This document shows, one piece after another, positions 9,325 to 20,447 of a DNA stretch of 64,000 nt. A program made the position numbers and the translations under genes. The DNA lies in contig CAWAZN010000003.1 of NCBI GenBank assembly GCA_963786485.1, positions 46,553 to 110,552 of the forward strand, written 5' to 3'. Every line of letters starts with the position of its first letter. Position 1 is the first letter of the stretch. A model generated the notes under the pieces. It made no database searches. It saw only the letters and a program-made list of their open reading frames with translations, and was not told where the DNA came from. The DNA is from an uncultured Acidobacteriota bacterium. Its GTDB lineage: Bacteria; Acidobacteriota; Terriglobia; Acidiferrales; UBA7541.

Positions 9325-12300
9325 ATGTCCAAGAACGGAGCCGATTTCGCTCTAGCCTGTCCGCGTGTGTCCAATTCACGTGTCGCGCAGCCGTCGTTGT
9401 TCTCCGCTCGCATGGCGGTGCTTTTCTTGTCCGGCATCTTCGCCTTCGGCCTCTGCGCTTGCCACTCCACTCCAAAATTTCCGCCAAAATCTTCCAAGGA
9501 GTACGCCGCGGTAGTCTCCGCATTTTACGTTGGGCTGGGTGCGTTGCAGGTGGGCGATGACGTCCATGCTGAGAGCAAGCTCTCGGAAGTGACCACGCTG
9601 GTGCCGGGCGAACCGGCGGGATGGGCGAACTGGGGAGTTCTCGCGCTGCGGCAGCGAAAACTTGATGTTGCCTCGCAACGCATTCAGCAAGCGGCCAAGC
9701 TTGCGCCAAACAACGATCACATTTATCAACTGCTGGGGCTGTTGGAGAGCGCGCGAGGAAATTCGGCGAATGCGATCACCGATTGGCGAAAGTCCGTGGA
9801 ACTCAATCCGCGGAACTACCGCGCGGCGTATCAACTCGCCGAGGAAGTGGAACGGCAAGGCGGGCCAAACAGTGACGCAGAGTACGCGCAGCTGATTCAG
9901 AAAATTTTGACGGCACAGCCGGACAATCTGGCGGCGCACCTGGAACTGGCGCGCATCGCGGCGAAGACCGGAGACGCGGCCACGCTGAAATCGGAGGTGG
10001 CGAAAATCACCTCGCGCTCTGCGAATTGGCCGCCGGAGGTGAAACAGCAACTTGCAGCATTGCAGACCGCCGCGGATGGATCCAATCCGCGGGCGGCCGC
10101 TCCGAGGACCACTTTCCTAAAAAACACATTGATGCGCGTGCCAGAATTTCGCGAGAGCCTGGGCGCATTGAAGGCACCGGCAGGGGAAGACGCGGAGCCC
10201 TTCACGGCGTTCTTGCTGCTGGAGCAGCCAGACTTTACGACCGCACCGCCTGACACGGCATTATCGTTCGAGTCTAAGCCGATTACGACTACGGATATTT
10301 CGGCGCCGAACTGGATTGGCGCGATTGCGTTAGGCAGCGAAGGCAGCGCGGTGATCGCGCAGGCGAACGGCAAGGAAGTGCGGTTGGCTTCAGGCGCCGT
10401 AATGCCCTTCCCTGGCGGTGCCGAAAACATTCCACCGACCCCGGACGGCGTTCTACAGATCGATTTTAACTACGATTTCAAGACGGACCTGGTGCTCGCC
10501 GGAGCAGGCGGAGTACGCCTGATGCGGCAGGACTCGCCGCAAAAATTCACGGACGTAACGAGTTCGACGAAGTTGCCGAAGAGTGTGACCAGCGCAGCCT
10601 ACACCGGCGCGTGGGCGGTGGACATTGAAGCCGACGGCGATTTGGACATCGTGCTTGGGAAAAAAGATGGAACGCCGCAGGTATTGCGAAACAATGGCGA
10701 TGGCACCTTCACGGTGTTGCAGCCTTTTTCCGGTGTGTCCGGAGTGCGCGCGTTCGCTTGGGCCGATTTCGATGCGGATGGCAACGCCGATGCGGCGATC
10801 GTCGATGGCGCGGGGCGTCTTCATATTTTTCACAACGAGCGGCAGGGCCAGTTTCGCGAAGTAACCCTGCCCGCGAACCTGCCGACAATTAAAGCTGTGG
10901 GTGTGGCCGATCTGGACAACGATGGCGTCCTGGATTTGGTTGCGGTGGAATCGAGCGGACAGATCGCCAACGTCTCCTTTGATGAGAAGAATGGCTGGAG
11001 CGCGAAGACCGTCGTCACAATTCCGAACGCAGCGACTGTGCTTGCTGGTGAGGTCCAACTACAAATTGCGGACGTCGACAACAACGGAGCCTTGGATTTG
11101 TTGCTTAGCCCAGTAAGCTCAGGCACAGCGAACTCTGCCGCGCCTTTAATCTGGCTCGGAGATGGCACTTCGAAATTTACCTTGCTGGAACACGCCGCGG
11201 GACCGGGCAGCATTTTCGACGTCGCAAACCTCTCCGGAAACGGGCGCCTGGACCTGCTGGGCTTTGACGCTTCCGGCAAGCCCATACAAGGACTGAATCA
11301 CGGCACCAAAAATTATCACTGGCAGGTAGTGCGTCCGCACGCGAAGCAGGCCGTGGGAGATCAGCGCATCAATCCGTTTGGCGTCGGCGGAGAGATCGAA
11401 ATTCGTTCCGGACTGCTGGTCCAGAAGCAACCGATCACCGGCCCACAGCTTCATTTTGGGTTGGGCAATCAGACCAGCGCGGAAGTGGTTCGCGTCGTGT
11501 GGCCGAACGGCACCGTGCGCGCCGAGTTTGGCGTGCAAGCGGATCAGGAAGTCGTAACCGAACAGCGCCTGAAGGCTTCGTGCCCATTCCTGTTCGCATG
11601 GAACGGCACCCGCATGGAATTTATTAAGGATGCCGTGCCGTGGGGCTCGGCGATTGGGTTGCGCATCAACACGTTGGGTTCCGCGGCCATCGCCACGACG
11701 GGCGAATGGTACAAGATTCGACGCGACCAGTTGGTTCCGCACGATGGTTACTACGATCTGCGCATCACCGCGGAGTTGTGGGAAGTGTACTACTACGATC
11801 GCATCGCGCTGATGACCGTGGATCATCCGGTTGGCACGGAAATCTACGTGGACGAGCGCTTTGTGATTCCCCCGCAGAAGCTCGGCTTCACCACGGTGTC
11901 CAGCCCGCACAAGATCGCGCGAGCGACGGACGATAACGGACAAGATGTGACCGAACTGGTCAGCACGCTTGATGGACGCGCGCTAGCTTCCTTCGGGAAA
12001 GGCCAATTCCAGGGCATCACGCGCGACCACTATGTCGAAATCGACTTGGGTCCGGATGCGCCGGCCACCGGTCCGCTTTATCTCATCGCGCAGGGCTCGA
12101 TTCACGATACCGAATCGTCCCTGAATGTCGCGATCACGCAAGGAAACCGCTGGCACGCGCAAGGCATGAGCGTCGAGGTACCCGATGGACACGGCGGTTG
12201 GCAGGCGGCGCAGTCCAACCTGGGCTTCCCCGCCGGACGCAAGAAAACGGTGTTGTTCAATCTGACGGATATTTTCAAGCCGGGAACGCCGCGCAAGGTG

Positions 12301-12888
12301 CGTCTGCGCACGAATCTTGAAATTTATTGGGACTGCATTGAGTGGGCTACGGGCGCTCCTGCCGCGCCAGTGAAAACGCAGATTCTCGATCCGCAAGTTG
12401 CGGATCTGCACTATCGCGGCTACTCCGTGATTGAAAGGCCCGATCCCGTCGCGCCCGCACCAGAAGTACCGAACTACAACGAGATCGAAGGGACCAAACA
12501 ACGCTGGCGCGACTTGATCGGCTATTACACGCGCTTTGGTGACGTTCGCGAATTGCTAAAGCAAACCGACGACCGCTACGTGATCGTAAATTCCGGCGAC
12601 GAGCTATCGATGCAATTTCCCGAGCAACCGGCGCCGCCCACGGGCTGGGTGCGCGACTTCATCCTCGTGGGCGACGGATGGATTAAAGACGGAGACTTCA
12701 ACTCGACATTTTCGAAGACGGTTTTGCCATTGCCGTACCACGCCAAGAATATGTACGAGACGCGGCCTGGAACACTCGAAGACGAATATGTCTACCAGCA
12801 CCATCCGGAAGACTGGCAGAACTATCACACGCGTTATGTAACGCCGTACGTGTTTCAGAATTCGCTCAGGAGTGCGACCCCCAAGTGA
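9325..12888 (+). CDS. TPR + FG-GAP repeats + ASPIC/UnbV domain lipoprotein; start uncertain
   Basis: Lipobox-like LCAC; N-terminal TPR helices; DxDxDGxxD repeats; LHFGLG and VVWPNG; SCP-led C-terminal extension. Confidence 0.88.
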   Translation: MSKNGADFALACPRVSNSRVAQPSLFSARMAVLFLSGIFAFGLCACHSTPKFPPKSSKEYAAVVSAFYVGLGALQVGDDVHAESKLSEVTTLVPGEPAGWANWGVLALRQRKLDVASQRIQQAAKLAPNNDHIYQLLGLLESARGNSANAITDWRKSVELNPRNYRAAYQLAEEVERQGGPNSDAEYAQLIQKILTAQPDNLAAHLELARIAAKTGDAATLKSEVAKITSRSANWPPEVKQQLAALQTAADGSNPRAAAPRTTFLKNTLMRVPEFRESLGALKAPAGEDAEPFTAFLLLEQPDFTTAPPDTALSFESKPITTTDISAPNWIGAIALGSEGSAVIAQANGKEVRLASGAVMPFPGGAENIPPTPDGVLQIDFNYDFKTDLVLAGAGGVRLMRQDSPQKFTDVTSSTKLPKSVTSAAYTGAWAVDIEADGDLDIVLGKKDGTPQVLRNNGDGTFTVLQPFSGVSGVRAFAWADFDADGNADAAIVDGAGRLHIFHNERQGQFREVTLPANLPTIKAVGVADLDNDGVLDLVAVESSGQIANVSFDEKNGWSAKTVVTIPNAATVLAGEVQLQIADVDNNGALDLLLSPVSSGTANSAAPLIWLGDGTSKFTLLEHAAGPGSIFDVANLSGNGRLDLLGFDASGKPIQGLNHGTKNYHWQVVRPHAKQAVGDQRINPFGVGGEIEIRSGLLVQKQPITGPQLHFGLGNQTSAEVVRVVWPNGTVRAEFGVQADQEVVTEQRLKASCPFLFAWNGTRMEFIKDAVPWGSAIGLRINTLGSAAIATTGEWYKIRRDQLVPHDGYYDLRITAELWEVYYYDRIALMTVDHPVGTEIYVDERFVIPPQKLGFTTVSSPHKIARATDDNGQDVTELVSTLDGRALASFGKGQFQGITRDHYVEIDLGPDAPATGPLYLIAQGSIHDTESSLNVAITQGNRWHAQGMSVEVPDGHGGWQAAQSNLGFPAGRKKTVLFNLTDIFKPGTPRKVRLRTNLEIYWDCIEWATGAPAAPVKTQILDPQVADLHYRGYSVIERPDPVAPAPEVPNYNEIEGTKQRWRDLIGYYTRFGDVRELLKQTDDRYVIVNSGDELSMQFPEQPAPPTGWVRDFILVGDGWIKDGDFNSTFSKTVLPLPYHAKNMYETRPGTLEDEYVYQHHPEDWQNYHTRYVTPYVFQNSLRSATPK

Positions 12889-14681
12889 AGCAAGGATTGA
12901 CCCCAAGAATTATTCTGGCGATCGTTTTCGCGGGCTTGGTGCTGTCGCCCCTCTTCGTCAAACGTTACGCTGCACGCCAGGAAACGTCCAAGAAAGAGTT
13001 GGACGCGCAGACGGCATTGGCGCGGCATGGATTTTATTTGCAGGAAGTCTCGCACGCTGCTGGAGTGAACTTTGTTCACCAGGCGCCGACGCTCGACCCG
13101 CGCCTGGCGCACATCATGCCCCAGGTTGCCTCGATGGGCGCCTCCGTTTCCATCGTGGACTTCGATCATGACGGCTGGCCGGATATTTACGTCACCACCA
13201 GCAAAGAGGGCGCGAAAAACGCGCTCTACCGAAACATGCACGATGGCACATTCAAGGATGTTGCCGAAGAACTAGGCATTGCCGATGTGAACCAACCCGG
13301 AACCGGCGTATCGATGTCTGCGGTTTGGGGAGACTACGACAACGATGGCTTTGAGGATTTGTTGCTCATCAAATGGGGCAAGCCGGAGCTATTTCACAAC
13401 GATGCCGGCCACAAGTTTACGCGCGTGACGGAGCAAGCAGGTCTGCCGCCGTGGGTAAATGCGAATACTGCCCTGTGGTTCGATTACGATGGCGACGGAT
13501 TGCTGGACCTATTTATCGGTGGATATTACGCGGAGGATGTAGACCTGTGGCACCTGGCGTCAACAAAAATGATGCCGGACAGTTTTGAATACGCGAAAAA
13601 CGGCGGGCGCAAATATCTATTTCACAATTTGGGGAACGGAAAATTTGAAGAAGTCAGCGAAAAGGTGGGCATCAACAGCCGCCGGTGGGCCTTAGCTTCG
13701 GTCGCGGCGGACCTGCGAGGCACGGGACATCCGGATTTGTTCGTCGCGAATGACTACGGAGTCTCAGAGCTGTATTTCAACGACGGCAAGACCTTCCACG
13801 AAGCTGGCGAGCAGTCCGGCGTGGGCTTTTCTCCAAAGAGCGGAATGAACGCCAGCGTCGGCGATATCTTGAATCAGGGCCGCTACGCTGTGTACGTCTC
13901 CAACATCTCTGAGGGCGGCGTGCTGATCCAGGGGAACAATCTGTGGATGCCCAAAGAAGATACCCATGGCGACAAATTGCAGTTTGAAAATTTGGCGCGG
14001 GATTTTGGCGTAGAAATCGGCGGATGGAGCTTCGGCGCGCAGTTTGGCGATTTGAACAACGACGGCACTCTGGATTTATATCTTACAAACGGATACGTCT
14101 CGCTCGACCACGACAAGAGCTATTGGTACGATTTTTCCAAGATCGCCGGCGGCCACAGCGCCATCATCAACGATGCAAAAAACTGGCCGCCCATGGAAGG
14201 CCGCAGCCTCTCGGGCTATCAGACCAAGCATTTGTGGTTGAACGACGGCAGCGGCAAGTTCGTGGACGTGGCACCGGCTGTCGGCGTCACGGACACCTAC
14301 GACGGCCGTGCCGTGGCCCTCGTGGATTTGTGGAATCGCGGCGTGCTCGACGTAGTGGTCGCCAACGAGCGCGGGCCGCTGTTGATCTACAAGAACACCG
14401 TGACGCCAGAAAATGAATGGATCGAGTTCGACCTTGAGGGCACTAAAAGCAATCGCAGCGCGATCGGAGCGCAGGTAACACTGTTTTGGAATGGCCAGCA
14501 ACAAGCGCAGCAAGTTTCCGGCGGAAGCGGTTTCGCAGCGCAAAATCAGCGGAGACTGCACTTCGGGCTTGGCAAAGTTCCCAAGATCGAAAAGGCCGTC
14601 ATTCGCTGGCCGTCAGGTAAAGTGCAAACTATCGAGAGTCCGGCGCCAGGCCAGATTCATACCGTGAAGGAACCCCTATGA
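12885..14681 (+). CDS. CRTAC1-family FG-GAP/ASPIC-UnbV protein
   Basis: DFDHDGWPD, DYDNDGFED, NRSAIGA, RLHFGLG, IRWPSG; GTGA overlap with the upstream gene. Confidence 0.92.
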   Translation: MKQGLTPRIILAIVFAGLVLSPLFVKRYAARQETSKKELDAQTALARHGFYLQEVSHAAGVNFVHQAPTLDPRLAHIMPQVASMGASVSIVDFDHDGWPDIYVTTSKEGAKNALYRNMHDGTFKDVAEELGIADVNQPGTGVSMSAVWGDYDNDGFEDLLLIKWGKPELFHNDAGHKFTRVTEQAGLPPWVNANTALWFDYDGDGLLDLFIGGYYAEDVDLWHLASTKMMPDSFEYAKNGGRKYLFHNLGNGKFEEVSEKVGINSRRWALASVAADLRGTGHPDLFVANDYGVSELYFNDGKTFHEAGEQSGVGFSPKSGMNASVGDILNQGRYAVYVSNISEGGVLIQGNNLWMPKEDTHGDKLQFENLARDFGVEIGGWSFGAQFGDLNNDGTLDLYLTNGYVSLDHDKSYWYDFSKIAGGHSAIINDAKNWPPMEGRSLSGYQTKHLWLNDGSGKFVDVAPAVGVTDTYDGRAVALVDLWNRGVLDVVVANERGPLLIYKNTVTPENEWIEFDLEGTKSNRSAIGAQVTLFWNGQQQAQQVSGGSGFAAQNQRRLHFGLGKVPKIEKAVIRWPSGKVQTIESPAPGQIHTVKEPL

Positions 14682-15530
14682 GCCAAACCAGCAGCGCGAT
14701 CGCGGCACGGCCGGTTCAGCCGGTGACGCTAAAGTGGTTCTTCAGTCCGGAGAACCGCTATCTCGCTCCGATGTTCATCACCTGCATTTTGATTGTGGGG
14801 CACCTCTCGTTTGGAATCTTGGAGAGTTGGAAGAAAACCGGCATCGCCATTGTGGCCAGCTTGCTCACGGAATTAATTCTGAGCCGCGTCTTCGTGGGCA
14901 AGTGGCCCATACTCGCGAGCGCATACATCAGCGGTATCAGTGTAGGCATTCTCGTGCAGGTCGCCGGCGTTCTGGCCGTACGTGGTTTGCGCCGTAGTGT
15001 CCATCATGTCCAAGTACGTGCTTCGCGTGAACGGCAAGCACATCTGGAATCCTTCGAATTTCAGCATTTCGGTGTTGCTGTTTCTGGCGCCGGAAACCGT
15101 GGCGGCTTTAAGCATCCAGTGGGGCAATTATTTGTTGCCGATGCTGGTGATCTGGATTCTGGGATCGATCATCATCGCGCGGCTGCACCGCTTTAACATA
15201 ACTGGCACGTACGTCGTGTGTTTCATTCTTTTCGCGTTCGTGCGCAGCTTTATCACCGGCAGCCCGTGGCAGTCTGAAGTGGCTCCGCTGACCGGGCCAA
15301 TGTATCAGCTGTTTATCTTTTTCATGATCACCGACCCGAAGACCACCGTGAAATCGAAATTCTGGCAGAGCGTGGTGGTCGCCATCGTGGCGCTGGTGGA
15401 GATGATTTTGCGGCTAGACCATGTGGTGTATGCGCCCTTCTATGCGCTATTTCTCGTGGGTCCCGTGGCGCTGTTGATCGAACAGTGGATGGATTCGCGC
15501 AAGCCTGCACCGGTTCGTGTTGCGGCATGA
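14678..15530 (+). CDS. UnbU / RnfD-NqrB-like membrane protein, frameshifted near 14960
   Basis: SAYISGISV, SKYVLRVNGKHIWNPSNF and FFMITDPKT motifs split across two frames. Confidence 0.75.
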
Positions 15531-17403
15531 AGCAGCAATCGAGCCACGGCATTTTCGTCGAAACGCGAACAGGAACAGTCTGGCGTTATTGTCACTCGGC
15601 CTGATATTTCAAGCGGGTTGTGGCCGAAAACCGGCCGACGATACAAAACCACAGGTGATAGCACAGCAATCGCAAAAGCCCCCTGATAGTCCGCCTCCAC
15701 CGTCAAGAGTGGCAGAATCCACTGCGAGCAGCGCAACTCAAGCTGACGTCGCACCCGCCCGGCCCTCCGGTCCGATTGAATTCGTAGACATAACTTCGCA
15801 GGCCGGCATTCACTTCAAACACAACGCCGGGAACTTCGGTAAAAAAGTATCTTCCCGAAACCATGGGAAGCGGCGTTTGTTTCATCGACTACGACAACGA
15901 TGGCTGGCAGGATATTTTCTTCGTCAATTCCATGGACTGGCCGGAACACAAGACCACTAAGATCTTATCCGGCGCTTTATCACAACAACCACGACGGTAC
16001 CTTCACGGACGTAACCAAGCAAGCAGGACTTGCAGTCGAGACCTACGGACTGGGTTGCGCCGTAGGCGACTACGACAACGACGGGTTCGACGACTTATAT
16101 CTCACCACCCTGGGTTCCAATCACCTCTACCACAACCTGGGCAATGGGAAATTCGCGGATGTCACCGCGAAGGCGGGCGTGGCCAGCCCAGGATTTTCCG
16201 CCAGCGCAATCTGGTTCGATTACGACAACGACGGAAAACTCGATCTCTTCGTTACGCACTACATCGAATGGTCCGTCGAAAAAGATCAGTACTGCACGTT
16301 GGACAACAAGAACAAAAGCTACTGCACGCCGCAAACCTACAAAGGCGAGAGTTCCAGGCTGTACCACAACAAAGGCAACGGTGTTTTCGAGGATGTCACA
16401 AAAAAATCCGGACTCCTTGATCCGACAGGCAAAGCACTAGGCGTAGCGCTGCTCGACTATGACAATGACGGTTGGCTGGATCTTCTTGTTACCAATGACA
16501 CCGAAGCGAACAAGCTGTACCGGAACAACCACGACGGCACCTTCACGGACGTCGGAGTCACCGCCGGTGTTGGCTTCAGCGAGTCTGGACGAGTGCGCGC
16601 CGGCATGGGCACTGACGCCGCCGATCTCGATCAACCCGGACTGCCAAGCCTCGTCATCGGAAACTTTACGAACGAGTCGACCGCGCTGTATCGCAGCGAC
16701 GGCGCGGGCTTATTCACGGACGAGTCCAACAGGTCCGGAATCGCTCAGATGACCAGTCAATCGCTGACCTTCGCCTGCTTCTTCATGGATTACGATTTAG
16801 ACGGCAAGCTCGACATTTTCTGCGGCCAATGGTCACGTATCGGACGACATCGCGGTCGTCCAACCAACCCTGCGTTACGCGCAACCCGCAGGTGCATATC
16901 GCAATCTCGGAGACCGTAAATTCGAAGACGTATCCACGAAACTAGGCCACGCGCTCCAAAAGCAGACCGTAGCTAGAGGCATGGCCTACGCAGACATCGA
17001 TAACGATGGCGACCTCGATCTGGTAATCACCGCCAATAACGGCCCCGCTCGCCTTCTACGCAATGAAAACGGAAATCAAAATGACGTCCTACGCGTGAAA
17101 CTAATCGGCACAAAATCCAACCGGGACGCCATCGGCGCGCGCGTTACCTTGACCGGAGCCAACGGCCTGAGCGAAACGCGCATGGTCAAAAGCGGTTCCA
17201 GCTATCTGTCGCAAAGCGAGCTAACGGTGACCTTCGGCCTGGGGAAGCCGGGCGTCGCCAAGGGATTACGACTCGACATCGTTTGGCCGAGCGGTCGCAA
17301 AGAATCTCTTTCCGCTATCAAGTCGAATGAGGTCCTCACAATGCAAGAAGCGAAAGGCATCCTGTCCGCGACTCCCATTCATTTTGCCGCGGACACGCAT
17401 TAA
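15517..17403 (+). CDS. CRTAC1-family lipoprotein broken by several frameshifts (sequencing error or pseudogene)
   Basis: Consecutive fragments: QAGC lipobox, FVDITSQAGI, MGSGVCFIDYDNDG, multiple DYDNDG, NRDAIGA, VTFGLG, VWPSG. Confidence 0.8.
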
Positions 17404-17453
17404 TTTCGCCGCTCTCAGCGGTGGATCTGTTGCCAGCCCCTCTTCCGGTAGTG

Positions 17454-17930
17454 CTACAGGGTTTTTGGCAAGGACCGCGAGCGCAACATGCTCAATACCA
17501 TCGCGATCTGTCCGGAATGGTAAATCGTGTGTTCCACGACTCCGTGAAACAAAGTTTCGTAAGGATAGTTACGCCCAGGAACCTGTTTCGCCAAATCCTC
17601 GATGCGGAAATTTCGAATCTTCTCTTCGAGCAGCTCGCGACTTTGGTTCCAGTGGGAGACGAGTTCGTTCCAGGGAATCGGTGGCTCGGCCCAGTCCTTT
17701 TCGGGCTGCCAACGTGGCAGCGAATTACCGTCGCAGGTATTGCGAATTCTTTCGTTCCAAAGGAGCAAATGCTGAAGCAGCTCCGAAATTGAATGAGATC
17801 CTGAAACGGGTGCGCTCGTCGCAAGCTCCGGCGAAATCTGCGTTAACAACTCTGCGAGCGAAGGTCCGTACCAAGCGGCTTTGACCGTCGCAGCACGGTA
17901 AGAATCGGCAATTCGTTGCGTTTGGTGCAT
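17454..17930 (-). CDS. DinB/YfiT-family protein
   Basis: AWYGPSL, HSISELLQHL, HTIYHSGQI His triad. Confidence 0.85.
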   Translation of the reverse strand: MHQTQRIADSYRAATVKAAWYGPSLAELLTQISPELATSAPVSGSHSISELLQHLLLWNERIRNTCDGNSLPRWQPEKDWAEPPIPWNELVSHWNQSRELLEEKIRNFRIEDLAKQVPGRNYPYETLFHGVVEHTIYHSGQIAMVLSMLRSRSLPKTL

Positions 17931-18016
17931 GTGTGTTCAGGGAAACGGGGATAATTGCGGCGTTTCCAGCGAACTTAGTCTACCTCAGGTGCCTCGCCTG
18001 GAGACCGCTCTCCCTC

Positions 18017-18094
18017 ATGCCTGATAAACGCGGTTACCGGACAAGCGGAATTTGGCCCAAGAGCACCTGTCCGGTAACGCAACTGATCAGGAGT
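18017..18094. repeat. Inverted pair of 28-bp dif-like sites
   Basis: ATGCCTGATAA-ACGCGG-TTACCGGACAA, 22-bp gap, inverted ACTCCTGATCA-GTTGCG-TTACCGGACAG. Confidence 0.8.
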
Positions 18095-18361
18095 TGTTCG
18101 ACTCGATGTGACAACGATAGTCGCCAGGGAAGTTGTTTCGCCGACATATTAAGCTGCAGCGATGAGGTGAACAGCCTCCAACTATTCAAGGGGCCGCGGA
18201 CCTAACATCATCTTTTGCAATGTTTTACCACCGACGAGAAGGCTGAAAAAGCGGCTCGCGATTGCTGAAATACAGCAGGATCGAGCCAGAGGATTGACTA
18301 TGACCAGCCGCAAACAGCCACACTCTGGACACCGTAACCGCTTCTTATCGCTGTCCGGTGG

Positions 18362-19548
18362 ATGAGCTTCGTTTCCGCACTTTGGTTTAACTGTGGTTCA
18401 CGTGGAAAATGTGATGCACAGAATTCGGTAACGGGGACCTGTGTTGCCTTTGCTGAGGACGGAGCGTTGGCGACAGGAACGCTTAGAAATGGTGACCTAG
18501 AAACCAACCTGGAAGAAAAAGGCAACGTGACTACCACTACACAAATGCCGATTGCGCGTATTCCGGTCGGTGGTCTGTCGCAGCATTGTGAAGAAGCATT
18601 CAGCGGCGATGGAAAGTGGCTGGCCACTGTCGTTCCAAGCAGCAATCTAACCGTCATAATAATGGACCGAAAAACCAAAACCCTATACGGAAGCTTTTCA
18701 TCTGAGTGGCACCAGCTGCACAGTATTCCCATCGAGTCGATGGAGCGGTCTTCTTTTCTAGGAGGGTTCCAGCAAGACGATTCCCTGGTGCTGTGGAGAT
18801 ACGTTCCGCGCGCTGGGGTTGACAGCACCGATGCCTCCAATGCCGATTTGCACGTACAACGATGGAGTGTTGAAGGCAAGTTGTTGTCGGACCACAACCT
18901 TGGCGGAGTTGGATTTGGTCCCGGCGGACGACAGCCTCTTGCCCTCAGCGGATTTGACATGCTGTGGATTCCCAGCAGATGCGATGGGTTTTGCTATAGA
19001 GGAGTAAAAATTTCGGGAGAACATACCGAAAATGCGGGCGCCCTGGAGCTCCCGAGTGACATGCGGCTGAACCCATCATCCTGCCCGGAGACGAAGAAAT
19101 TCTCTCAGTGCTGGGCAAACGAGCTGCCCAAAAAGCAGTGTTACTCAACTCGTCGGGGCGTTTAGAGGCTCAGGAGCAGTTGCCCTTTTTTCCGAATCTG
19201 CTCGGACCCCTAGTGCCTGATTGGTTTGAGGCCTTTAAACCTGTCGTCTCGCATGATGGGAAGGTAGCAGCCGTCGGACGAACTCGCGTGGCGTGGGTCC
19301 TTGTAGATACGGACCGCGACTGGGGCAGCGAAATTTTACTGTTGAAGATGCGTCCACTTGCTGTGACCACGAGGTTAAAGTCCGGCAAAGGAGGCATCGG
19401 CGCGATTGCTGTCGACCATCGCAATGGTGTCACGCGTGTCGTCGGTTTCTGGGGAGGCCGCTGGCACGACTTGAAGTGTGATGATCAGCATCCAGGCGTT
19501 GGTATTTCACTGGGACATGGGTGCAGTACGTCTCGAAAATCGCAGTAG
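18362..19548 (+). CDS. Hypothetical beta-propeller-like protein, frameshifted near 19070
   Basis: AFSGDGKWLA and VSHDGKVAAVG blade-like motifs in two overlapping ORFs. Confidence 0.5.
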
Positions 19549-19567
19549 TCGTGCTTCGATGACGCCA

Positions 19568-19595
19568 ACTCCTGGTAAACGCGCTTACCGGACAA
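19568..19595 (+). repeat. 28-bp dif-like site
   Basis: ACTCCTGGTAA-ACGCGC-TTACCGGACAA. Confidence 0.8.
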
Positions 19596-19602
19596 GTGGA
19601 TT

Positions 19603-20310
19603 CTACTGATTTGGAGATTTGTTGCCGGATTCGTCCAAAACCATGGTTCGGTACATGCGCTGAACTAGGTCCTTTTGTGCCGGTGTCATGGGACCATCCT
19701 CGTTCAGGCCCATGGCTTTGAGCGAACGCCGGAAAACCTCTGCCCGCTCCTGTCTGGTCAATTCTTTGGCCTGTTTTGGATCGGTCATCTTGAGAGCATT
19801 TTTCTGGATGCGGGCGTCCTCAGCCGCATTCTCCTGTGCTTCCTGCATTATCCTTCTGTGCTCTGCTTCGCTCAGCGAGTGAATTTCTGATCGCATGGCG
19901 GCGGCCCCTTGCTTGGCCCGCGTTGTGCAGGCGTCAAAGTTCTCGACGAGGCGCATCGTGTCCTCGGCATCGAAAAACAGCATCCGGTGATTTACTGCTG
20001 CGTCGCGCACAGCAAAGAGAGCGGATTCGCACTGCGAGGCCAGCCCAAACTGTATTCCGACACGCAAATCCTTATCGGCTAGCAAGTCAATCAAAACTGG
20101 AATATCAGCGGGCGTAAGTTTCTGAGAAAGTGTGTTCAGGGATTGGTCGTTATATCCCATTCCGTGCGGCCCTAAATGCTGGCTCTCGAGAATAACCCGT
20201 CGAGCCCGTTCGACAGACTTTGCGTGTCCCACTGGGGCTTGCGCGTTTGCAGCAACACAGAAACTAGTGAGCGCAAGAATAGTGACGGACCTTGAGTTCG
20301 CGAGTGACAT
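19603..20310 (-). CDS. Secreted hypothetical protein (candidate cassette gene)
   Basis: Signal peptide ending ANA-QA; flanked by directly repeated sites with identical spacers. Confidence 0.7.
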   Translation of the reverse strand: MSLANSRSVTILALTSFCVAANAQAPVGHAKSVERARRVILESQHLGPHGMGYNDQSLNTLSQKLTPADIPVLIDLLADKDLRVGIQFGLASQCESALFAVRDAAVNHRMLFFDAEDTMRLVENFDACTTRAKQGAAAMRSEIHSLSEAEHRRIMQEAQENAAEDARIQKNALKMTDPKQAKELTRQERAEVFRRSLKAMGLNEDGPMTPAQKDLVQRMYRTMVLDESGNKSPNQ

Positions 20311-20382
20311 TTAGCTTCGCCCTGGCTCAGTTTACATTTCCTGGACACCGAAGCGCTTGGCCCTGTGTCAAACTTCAAACTA

Positions 20383-20447
20383 ACTCCTGATTAACGCGCT
20401 CACCGGAAAAGTGGAATCGGTGCAAAAATCACTTGTTCGATAATGCG
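20383..20447. repeat. 28-bp dif-like site plus truncated inverted partner
   Basis: ACTCCTGATTA-ACGCGC-TCACCGGAAAA, 22-bp gap, TTGTTCGATAA-TGCG cut off by an IS30-like end. Confidence 0.7.
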
